Part shown: one piece after another, positions 28,409 to 36,776 of the stretch | How positions within the stretch are numbered: the first letter of the stretch is position 1 | Layout: each line of letters starts with the position of its first letter | DNA from: Cenarchaeum sp. | GTDB lineage: Archaea; Thermoproteota; Nitrososphaeria; Nitrososphaerales; Nitrosopumilaceae | Direction: 5' to 3' | Assembly (NCBI GenBank): GCA_965242695.1 | Contig: CBDESU010000001.1 | Span: 1,376,001 to 1,440,000, forward strand | Length of the DNA stretch: 64,000 nt | Position numbers and translations under genes: made by a program | Notes under the pieces: model-generated | Told to the model about the DNA's origin: nothing | What the model saw: the letters and a program-made list of their open reading frames with translations, nothing else | Databases searched by the model: none

Positions 28409-30838
28409 TCAAAAGCCGCTATGCACGCGCTTCGGCGGCTTCCACGACGCCCTATCCTTCGCGGCAGGGGGCGCCCGAGCCGCGACAAGCAGGCGCTTCC
28501 AGAACGCGGCAAAGTCCTTGCCCTTGCCCGACTCGATCCGCTCCGCTATCAGCTTGACTGCGTTCGCGAGGGCCTCGGCTGTCTCGATGTCGGGAGGCGA
28601 CGGCACGGCCAGCACGTATGTCCCGTGCCTTTTGGCCGCCTCGAGGGCGTCGGGGCCGGCAATCCCGCCCGGCGCGGCGCGTCCCGGGCGGACGGCAATG
28701 GCGGCACGCTGGTCGTCCGGCACATCCACGCCGTCCAGCAGCGCGACCACGATCTCATGGGCGGGGCGCCTGAGCTTTTTTGCCTCGCCGTGAATTTTGG
28801 ATATCAGTGCCGGATCCTGCGCGTGCACTATGGCGACTGCGGGGTGAGCCTCGCCGCCGTCATCGTCGCCGTCGGGGTGGCGCCACACCGCGTTGCGGAT
28901 ATCGTCATCCTCCGCAAAGCGAAGTGAGCGCAGGTCGTCGCCGATCGTATCGGATACGTCCATGTCAAACCCGTCCTTCTCGAGGACCGCCGAGAGCAGA
29001 TCGACCGCGTGGCGGCGCAGCTCGCCGAGCGTGCTCCTTGCGTTAGACGTGTACTCCCTCAGCTTGTCGGGTTCGATGATTGGCGGGCCCTGCCGCCGCA
29101 GCGACGCACGGCACTGCCGCTCCTCCTCCGATACGCCGATCCTCACGACGGACCCGACGGCGTCGACCATGTCGTCTAGGCGCGAGTCGGCCGTGCCTAC
29201 CATGTACGGCGCCGCGCCGCCATCGACAAGATGGGTTTGCACGTTGGCAAAGTTGACCAGGGCCGCAATCATGCCGTCGTACGCGCGCTTGAACTCACTC
29301 TCTTCCTCCACGAACATCCCCTCTCCGGTGAACGACGGAAGCCTTCCGATCACCCGGTACGACTCGTCGTCCTCTGCCTTCAAGTAGCCCTCCCTTGCGA
29401 GCAGACGGAAGAGATCCTGCGCGGCGGATATCCCGTGTGCGCCAAGGGATTCCTTGTTCTCGCCAAGGGCGGCCACAATGTCCTTGACGACTATCGTCTC
29501 GCCGCGCAACGTCTGGGCCACTTCGGCTACGGCGTACATAGCATCGAGCATCTCGTCGTTGGCCATCTGCATGGACTGCGCGCCGTACGCCTTGCGCTTG
29601 TACACGGCCTCTATTGCCCGCTGCAGGTTGGCCTCTGTCCTCTCAGAGTCGTCTAGCGCGATCCGGACGAGCGGCCTGTCATCCCCGTCGGCGCCGACCC
29701 GGCGGTCTCGCAGGGCACCGTAGAGGCTGAAAAAATCCGTCTTCGACTTGTACCGCAGGCAGAGCTTGAAGTCGCTGTACGCCGCGCCGGCCGGCGCCCC
29801 GCCGTCGACTATGTCGTCTAGGAACCTGTCCATCTCGGAGAACAGGGGGCGCTTTATGAACAGTATTTCCGAGAACAGCGTGTGTTCGCGGCTACTCCTC
29901 TCCATCGCGCTACCTGCGTTGTCCGGCGCCGTGATGATCACGTACAGTGCGCTGCCCTGGTTGAGCAGCATCTTGAGGGGCTTTAGCACGTCGTAAAAGT
30001 CGCCGGCCTTGTCGAACTCGTCGAGTATGAAGACGATCTTGTGCCGCTTGCCCATCCTGCGCAGTAGATTCTCAAAGTCGTGCTGTACGTCGGCAGGGCC
30101 GTACACGCGCTTCCGGGTGCGGGTCGACGATGCGACTGTCCTCCTGTCCCACCCAAACTTGAAGGCGAACGGGAGCATGGAGGCCGGGGCGGCCGCCCAC
30201 GCGGGGTGGAGCGCATCCTGAAGGGCCCAGGCGGCCAGGGCCAGGGCCGACGCGGCTAGGGCCGACGCCGCGATTGGCACCGCATTGACGGAGAGCCAAC
30301 CCGTCCGGGTCTCGCTTCGCGAGGTCTCGGTGCTCTGCTCGGCAGCCGTCGCATTCTGGTGTAGATCGTCAGCCATGCGGCGCAGATCCCCGCCCATGCC
30401 GCCATTGGACTTTATCCGGGCGCGAAGCGCCCAGATCAGGTCCTGTATCAGGGCCCTGCCGGGCCGCTGCTCCTCCGTGTCCAGCGACGTGGCCCTGACC
30501 ATGATCGGCACGATCGCCCTGCCGTCCGCCGCCCGCCTCCGCGCCGCCCCGTTGGCCGCGTCGATTACGGAGCTTGTCTTGCCCGAGCCCCGGCGGCCGA
30601 CGACGAGCAGGGCGCCCGCATCGCGCCTGCCGATAAAGTCGGCAAGGGCCCTGCCGGCGTCCTCCCTGGCCACATGATGGCCGGCGCCGCCCTCTGTGCC
30701 GCCTCCGCCGTCGCCGTCGACTAGGCTCGGCTGGCGATCCCAGTCGATCTTGAGCGGGACGGCATCGGGTGCCCCTCCCGCCTCGGCGCCGGGCGCAGAA
30801 TCAGCGGGCAATGCAGGTCCGCCCCCCGAGCCGCGCAT
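28409..30838 (-). CDS. KAP-family-like P-loop NTPase with membrane insert, copy 1
   Basis: Walker A GRRGSGKT, hydrophobic segments between the Walker motifs, Walker B IVFILDEFDK; exact start uncertain. Confidence 0.8.
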   Translation of the reverse strand: MRGSGGGPALPADSAPGAEAGGAPDAVPLKIDWDRQPSLVDGDGGGGTEGGAGHHVAREDAGRALADFIGRRDAGALLVVGRRGSGKTSSVIDAANGAARRRAADGRAIVPIMVRATSLDTEEQRPGRALIQDLIWALRARIKSNGGMGGDLRRMADDLHQNATAAEQSTETSRSETRTGWLSVNAVPIAASALAASALALAAWALQDALHPAWAAAPASMLPFAFKFGWDRRTVASSTRTRKRVYGPADVQHDFENLLRRMGKRHKIVFILDEFDKAGDFYDVLKPLKMLLNQGSALYVIITAPDNAGSAMERSSREHTLFSEILFIKRPLFSEMDRFLDDIVDGGAPAGAAYSDFKLCLRYKSKTDFFSLYGALRDRRVGADGDDRPLVRIALDDSERTEANLQRAIEAVYKRKAYGAQSMQMANDEMLDAMYAVAEVAQTLRGETIVVKDIVAALGENKESLGAHGISAAQDLFRLLAREGYLKAEDDESYRVIGRLPSFTGEGMFVEEESEFKRAYDGMIAALVNFANVQTHLVDGGAAPYMVGTADSRLDDMVDAVGSVVRIGVSEEERQCRASLRRQGPPIIEPDKLREYTSNARSTLGELRRHAVDLLSAVLEKDGFDMDVSDTIGDDLRSLRFAEDDDIRNAVWRHPDGDDDGGEAHPAVAIVHAQDPALISKIHGEAKKLRRPAHEIVVALLDGVDVPDDQRAAIAVRPGRAAPGGIAGPDALEAAKRHGTYVLAVPSPPDIETAEALANAVKLIAERIESGKGKDFAAFWKRLLVAARAPPAAKDRASWKPPKRVHSGF

Positions 30839-31439
30839 CTACGCACGCGATCATTATGCCTGCGGGGCGCTGCGGCGCTTTTTTGAGTGTTGGGAGCTCG
30901 ACGTAACCGGCAGGCGGCGTCAGGGGCTCGACGCGAATTGGGAGGCAGGGCGGGCAGAGTGCTCAAGACGTACCCGGACGCTCCCCATACGGCATGTGTG
31001 GCCGGCGCCCGCCACGGGCCGCCTGCGCGCCGCCGCCTGCATTGCGGGTGCGGCGGCGGGCCCGAGTGGACCAGGGCCTGCGACGAGCGGCTCGGGAAGG
31101 GTCGGCGCATCGCTCCCTGCAGGAGGTCGCATCGGGGCGCCCCGCCGCGGCACGGGCAGTCCGAACGCCGCCCTGCGCGGGCGGCAGATGCAGGCGGGTC
31201 GTGGACGTGTGGTGGGGGGGACGGCGGCGGGCTGTCCCCCTCCTCCGCTACCGGACGGGCGGGGCGAAGACGCCTCCCCCAATCCCGCCTAGGCTGGCAA
31301 GGGGGGATCGGAAAAGGCAGCAGGTGCAAGGTCCGGGCCCGAACCCTGCCGCGGGCGGGGGCATCGCGACAGGCTGCAGCCTGGTGGGCAGATCTGCACG
31401 GATCAAAAAATCGGGGGCGGCGGGGCGCGGGCAGCGCTG

Positions 31440-31697
31440 TCAGCACTGGAGCGTCCCGGCTTGCCTCTTTGCGTTGTTTTCCCACTGGAGCGGGCGCAGG
31501 TTGGGCAGATCGTCGCCGCCTCCCCTAGATACTGGCGTGATGTGGTCAATGTTCCACCCATACTCTGTTTGCTTGCCATATGCGGCCCTGTTGATGAACG
31601 ACCCGCAGGCGTCCCTGCGCCAGACGGCAGGGTCGTTCTGACTGTCCTTGCTTCCCTTTTCCCAGACTTGCTGGATGACGGTCTCTGAAAATACCAT
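31440..31697 (-). CDS. Stand-alone HNH endonuclease (85 aa), copy 1
   Basis: GWNIDHITPVSRGGGDDLPNLRPLQWENN; TTATAG box upstream; T-run after stop (~31405-31410). Confidence 0.85.
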   Translation of the reverse strand: MVFSETVIQQVWEKGSKDSQNDPAVWRRDACGSFINRAAYGKQTEYGWNIDHITPVSRGGGDDLPNLRPLQWENNAKRQAGTLQC

Positions 31698-32357
31698 GTC
31701 GGTGGCGGGCCGGGCGGGCGGCTATAACTGTTCCGCGGCGCCGCTCGGCACGCGCACACCCGAGAATGCCATGCAGATGCAGGGGCCACGCGCGATCTCG
31801 GGTAGCATTGCCAACCTGCGTGCCGCTCCTTGCGCCGGGGCTTGCTTGGGGGCCTCCACGCCCGCATTCAAGGCCGGGACGACAGCCGCATGCGCGGCTT
31901 GCCGGAGAGGGCCGGCATGCGCGGCTGACAGGCCGCATGCGCGGCGGCATCTTACAAAATCCGCACGCGGTGTCCCGCAGCAGCAGGCGGCCCTACGGAG
32001 AGGCCCGTCACACTGGACGGGATTTGGCGCAGGGCGGGGGAGGGAAGGGCGTAGCATGTCGCGGCACGGCGCAGGAAGGGGAAATGAAGTCGCATAGGCC
32101 TCGCATCGGCCGGCGCCGGCGGCGCGGCCACGCGATGCGGCCGCCCGTCCCACATGGCGCGTGCAGCCTGCGGAGATCTGGTGCTGGAAAAATGGGGGAG
32201 GGGCCGAGGGAGGGTGTTTGCGCCGCCCTCGGGCCGCCTTGGGTCGCCGCCCCCGCCGCTGGCAACAGGGGAGGCGCGCGCTCAGAAGAGGGGCCGGGTC
32301 GTGGCGGGCGCGCCGGCTACGCCGCCGCCTGCGCCATGACGCATCTCCGCGCTCTTC

Positions 32358-32453
32358 TCAGCATCGCTGTTCCCTTGTGGACAGCCACTCGCATAGCCCG
32401 AATGCGGCTACCTTGATGGCGATACAAAGGATTGCTATGTGCAACTTCTTCAT
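32358..32453 (-). CDS. 31-aa hydrophobic peptide, copy 1
   Basis: MKKLHIAILCIAIKVAAFGLCEWLSTREQRC; GGAGGTGA 10 nt before ATG; ATAAATA box ~32497-32503; identical second copy. Confidence 0.65.
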   Translation of the reverse strand: MKKLHIAILCIAIKVAAFGLCEWLSTREQRC

Positions 32454-32552
32454 GCTCTGAGTTTCACCTCCTTGGAATTTAGAATTTGTATGCAGTATTT
32501 ATGCATTTTGCGTGCCCACAACGTACATATAGGTATCCACGGGCGCCGGCCC

Positions 32553-32840
32553 GTGGGACGGGACGCGTCCAGGGACGGCGACAAGGGCGATCGCGCCGGC
32601 CGCGGGCGGCCCCGCAAGGCAGCAGGGGACGGCGAAGAGGAGGACGGCGAGCCGAGGTACGTCAGCCTGCGCGTCCCCAAGTCCGAGTACGACAAGCTCA
32701 AGGACCTGAGGGGAAGGATGGAGAAAAAGCCAGACTATTCCTGGGTCGGCAGCCTCGCCCTCGGCGCCTTTGTTGGGCTGGCGGCGGGGCTCGCACTCGA
32801 GCGGCTGACCCGGTCGGACGATGGCGACAACGGCGAGTGA
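32553..32840 (+). CDS. AT-hook + ribbon-helix-helix-like regulator, copy 1
   Basis: GRGRPRK followed by YVSLRVPKSEYDKLKDL and a hydrophobic C-terminal helix; CATATAG box ~25 nt before GTG. Confidence 0.6.
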   Translation: MGRDASRDGDKGDRAGRGRPRKAAGDGEEEDGEPRYVSLRVPKSEYDKLKDLRGRMEKKPDYSWVGSLALGAFVGLAAGLALERLTRSDDGDNGE

Positions 32841-33014
32841 CTCGCCCCGGCGCGGCCGGAGCATCGGATGCACCTGTCCGGACGCCCACGTCGGCCCCAG
32901 GCCGTGCCCTGATGGTCCCGCCCGGCCGCGGCCCGCACCCGTGGCCGGCGCCGCCGATCGCCGCCAGCGCCGCCTCCCAGTGCCTTTATATGAAAAGGGC
33001 TGCCGGCTCCGGCC

Positions 33015-33983
33015 ATGAACCGCCTGCTCGGCGCCGCCTCCTGCATCGCAGTCGCAGTGGCGGTTGCCGCGGGCGCCCCCCCCCCCCTAGCGGGTGAGGC
33101 ATGCGCCCAGGAGGAGGACGGGCAGGTGCCGGCGTGGGTAAAGCAGGTCTTTGGGTTCTACGTCGACGGGCAGATATCCGAGGCAGAGCTCTTGAACGCC
33201 CTAAAGTACCTCATAGAGAACGGCATCATGGAGGTCGAGGCGCCTGCAGACCTGGGCATAGCAGACGAGGGCGACTTTTACGTCGTACACGGGCCAAACC
33301 CGAACTCGGCGTATCCCGACTACACGGCGGCCGAGTGGCTCCAGGACGTGCGCCTGCTCGAGGACAATGCGGAGTGGCTCAGCGACAACTACAGGCTCCC
33401 GTACGACGTCGAGGTTGCGGGCGCCGAGTGCGGCGAGGAGAATGCGTTCTACAGCCCGGGCGAAAAGGCGGTTACGATGTGCTACGAGTTCGTCGAGTAC
33501 ATCCTCGGCATAGGGTACGAGCTGTACGGCGACGACCCAGACATGGCAGAGGACTTTGCCTACAACGTCCTTGACGGCATCGTGTTGCACGAGGTCGGGC
33601 ATGCGCTGGTCGACGTGTACGATCTGCCGGTGACGGGGCTCGAGGAGGATGCCGTCGACCAGTTCGCCGCCCTCATACAGTCGCGCACGTATGGCGACTA
33701 CGATCCCTACTACGAGACGGGGCAGATCATGATGCTCGACGTGGCGCAATGGTGGGACTATGCGTCGCAGGACGAGACGCACTACTACTGGGACGTCCAC
33801 TCCCTGAGCATACAGCGGTTCTACAACATTGCATGCTACGCGTACGGCGCCGACCCAGAGTACAACGCCGGCATGGTCGGCGCGTGGTACCTGCCCGAGG
33901 AGAGGGCAGTGACCTGCCCGGACGAGTACGAGCAGATGTCGTCGAGCTGGGATCGGCTCTTGGAAGGGTACCTGGTCGAGTAG
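33015..33983 (+). CDS. Secreted DUF4344-like metallopeptidase, copy 2 (322 aa)
   Basis: Same motifs as copy 1 (HEVGH, EEDAVD); TTTATAT box at ~32985. Confidence 0.85.
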   Translation: MNRLLGAASCIAVAVAVAAGAPPPLAGEACAQEEDGQVPAWVKQVFGFYVDGQISEAELLNALKYLIENGIMEVEAPADLGIADEGDFYVVHGPNPNSAYPDYTAAEWLQDVRLLEDNAEWLSDNYRLPYDVEVAGAECGEENAFYSPGEKAVTMCYEFVEYILGIGYELYGDDPDMAEDFAYNVLDGIVLHEVGHALVDVYDLPVTGLEEDAVDQFAALIQSRTYGDYDPYYETGQIMMLDVAQWWDYASQDETHYYWDVHSLSIQRFYNIACYAYGADPEYNAGMVGAWYLPEERAVTCPDEYEQMSSSWDRLLEGYLVE

Positions 33984-34685
33984 TAGCCATGCCAGAGGCA
34001 GGCATGGGCAGCTTCGGATACTGCGGCAGGGGGCAGTATTGTAGGGGCGCCGCGGTTCAAGGCCAGTGGGCGCGGCGCGGCAGGCACATCCGCCGCCGCA
34101 TACGGTAGAATGCGGCCGCTTCCTGCACAACCACCGCCCTACCACAGCACCCATGTGACACCAAGGGCGGCCTCCACGTGATTGCAGATTGGAGGCACGC
34201 CGCAGCGGCAGGAGCCGTAGCCGCCACCACTGCCCGCGCAGGGCGCACAGTCAGGGGCGTCAACACATCAGATTCGTCCCCGACAGGCTCGGACGATTCG
34301 CCATTAGGGCACCTCAATCCCGATTCCAGCTACAGGGAGGCACGGTGCGGCACCCGCGGTCAGTCTTGGTGCCATCGCCAAGGCCGATCCCGCCGCCCAT
34401 GCCCCGCACTACGCCAACCAGGCCTGCCACTGCCGGTCCCGACTCACCCCTCCACTCCCCGCCGCTCATGTCGCGGCCGCCCCTGAGCATGGCACATGGC
34501 CACCCCTGCTAACGCCCCCCCCCCACCTGCGACATGCACAACTGTCATGTCCGTCTAGGGCGCCACCGTGCAACCTGTTCGCGCCGATCCACGCCTAGAC
34601 AGCGGGGTCGTCATGAGCACATACGACCAGCTGCGATCGGCCAAGAGGGATGGTTCATATAGGGCCCGTAGGCGCCGGCTCCCGT

Positions 34686-34722
34686 GGGGGTGTCGCCTCT
34701 CCAGGCGGCATCACCGAGCGTC
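34686..34722 (+). ncRNA. Candidate small RNA convergent with 34723..35886
   Basis: TTCATATAG at 34654-34662, then stem ggtgtcgcct-ctcc-aggcggcatc (34689-34712); equivalent arrangement after the paralogue. Confidence 0.4.
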
Positions 34723-35886
34723 CTAAGTAACTAATTTGTTGCTTTTTATTGATCGTCGGAGTTCCAAGCCAGATACCACCTCTATGTCAGCCGAGTGCCG
34801 GAGTGTCTCTCCCACCAGCCTAGACTTGTCCCCGACATAGACAAAAGCGTCATTGTCACGGACAGACTGGACATCCTCGTCAAGCTTGAAGATCTTGGGC
34901 GATCCCGACAGCTCGAACGCCTTGCGCACAACGGCGGAGTATGTGGCGGACTGCTTTATGGCCATGGGAAACGAAACCGGCTTGGGCCCTGCATCGTCCA
35001 GCACCCCGTCTTTGCCCCCTGACTCATCACCCCGTCCCCAGTCCATGCTAGGGGGAGCAGGATCACCAAGACTGTCAATGGAGAGGAACACGGTCGGCTT
35101 TGCGATGTATGGGACTATGTTGATGGGCTTGTTCGAATACCACGCATAGCTCCACAGGTTGCCGTGCCCGTAGACGGAGACGTTGACGTCAAACGAGTAC
35201 GGCTCCCACACCTTGCGAACATTGTCCGGCTCGAGTTTAAGGTACGCAGAATACAGCTTTGCGTCAGTGAGGAAGGCAAGCAGGTCCGCGCAGGCTATGG
35301 TTGCATCGCACTCGTCGCCCTTCCAGTACACCTTGGGCCTGTGCTTTACCAGCATGTCCCATGCACGGGTCTGCTTTGACGTGAACGAGTCGATCCTTAT
35401 GTCCATGTCGTCCGGGATTTTCTTGGCAGTGTGAACGTAACTCTGGGCCGTCAGGTATGAGAACATTGGCCCAAGTCTGTCGATGAACGACCTAGTCCGT
35501 ATGCTACGGGCAGAGCCTCCACTACCACCCACTGAAACAGTCGGGTGCGTGATAGGCGAAAGGCCGACGAACGAACAGTGAATGCACTCGATCGTGTCCT
35601 GGATCGAAGACACCAGCTTGTCGGCAAGCGCTATCGCCTTACGCCTCCCGTGTTTGAGCAGGCCGTTCGTAGACATGAACGGCAGACTGGTGTCAATGTC
35701 AAACCTGCCCTTGAGCCGGTCAAATTCCGCGACAAAGGCCCTCGTGAATGCATCCTCGTCGGGTATGACGACCCCGATGCCCAGCTGCGTGCTGTGACCC
35801 GTATACTTTTCCTCGCCCGGCGCCCCCCGCGCCTCAGCCACCGTACCCCTGTTGAAGGGCTTTGAGTCAAACGCGGCAACCCGCAC
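34723..35886 (-). CDS. Putative RNase H-fold (DUF3800-like) protein, copy 1
   Basis: MRVAAFDSKPF at the N-terminus, IRIDSF, GDEC..IACADLLAF; TTATAG box supports GTG 35886; paralogue at 57321. Fold call is inference. Confidence 0.6.
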   Translation of the reverse strand: MRVAAFDSKPFNRGTVAEARGAPGEEKYTGHSTQLGIGVVIPDEDAFTRAFVAEFDRLKGRFDIDTSLPFMSTNGLLKHGRRKAIALADKLVSSIQDTIECIHCSFVGLSPITHPTVSVGGSGGSARSIRTRSFIDRLGPMFSYLTAQSYVHTAKKIPDDMDIRIDSFTSKQTRAWDMLVKHRPKVYWKGDECDATIACADLLAFLTDAKLYSAYLKLEPDNVRKVWEPYSFDVNVSVYGHGNLWSYAWYSNKPINIVPYIAKPTVFLSIDSLGDPAPPSMDWGRGDESGGKDGVLDDAGPKPVSFPMAIKQSATYSAVVRKAFELSGSPKIFKLDEDVQSVRDNDAFVYVGDKSRLVGETLRHSADIEVVSGLELRRSIKSNKLVT

Positions 35887-36332
35887 AGCGGCCTTCATTC
35901 CGCCTTCTATAACAGTGTTTAGCATGGCACGCAGGGTGTGTTTGGGCCGCCGCGAGCGTCAATCTGCCCCCGTGTGGCATACGAGTACAAGGATGTCAAT
36001 GCCTGCCACTGTCGCACATTGTCCCGTGCATGCACGGCAGTCCATGGATCAAGTCAGGCAGCAGCTGCGCGGTCTTGCGATCCCAAGCGGCGGGCCGTGC
36101 ACAATCACCTACGGGGATCGTGTGCAATCGGGGGTCGATATCCGCCGATGATGCCAGCCGTGGAGCCTAGGCCGGCGGCAGGGAGCGCATCCCGGGGGCT
36201 TGTGCCCACTGCGCTCGAAGGCTTTGGAGGTGGCGCGTCCGGCAGCCTGCGGCGCCGCGCTCGATTCCCGGGGCACAGAGGCGCCGTCATGGCGCCCCCT
36301 GCGCCCCCGCCTCGTGCAGGGAGTGCGCCCGG

Positions 36333-36437
36333 GGCGCACCATCGCGCCGCACTAGCCCTGCAACACACCCGCCTGTCGGCGGGGCCGGCGGCGATCTCGC
36401 GGTGGCGCACCATCGCGCCGCACTAGCCCTGCAACAC
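36333..36437. repeat. 34-bp perfect direct repeat (36333-36366, 36404-36437) with 37-bp spacer
   Basis: ggcgcaccatcgcgccgcactagccctgcaacac twice. Confidence 0.9.
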
Positions 36438-36776
36438 GCCCTCTCCCCCCCTGTCAGGGGTCCCACGCGGCTCAACGGAGTGCGACGGTTACTTAAGAGG
36501 CCTTCAGAAGGGTTGGAGTCTACTCAGCCCACCCGTCCGCGGCCCGACGCCCGGACGTGACGCTCAGAGATCCCGCCAGGGCATGCGAAGGCTCGACAGG
36601 GATGCCAGCAGTGGCACGCAGGCGCCTGCCGCTCGCCCGCGGGCGCCAGGACCGGCGATGTCCAAGGCCGCACGAAACCGTGGCTACAACATCTCCTAGG
36701 CCACCCCCCCCCCCTCCCGAGCCGCGCCAAGATGTCCGCTCCAAACGGATAATAGGCGGGGTGCCAAGGATCTCGC

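Larger units (their letters stand above)
31134..32840. repeat. ~1.7-kb block duplicated at ~55335-57035 (non-coding, HNH, peptide, RHH)
   Basis: Collinear similarity throughout; near identity over ~32270-32815. Confidence 0.9.
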
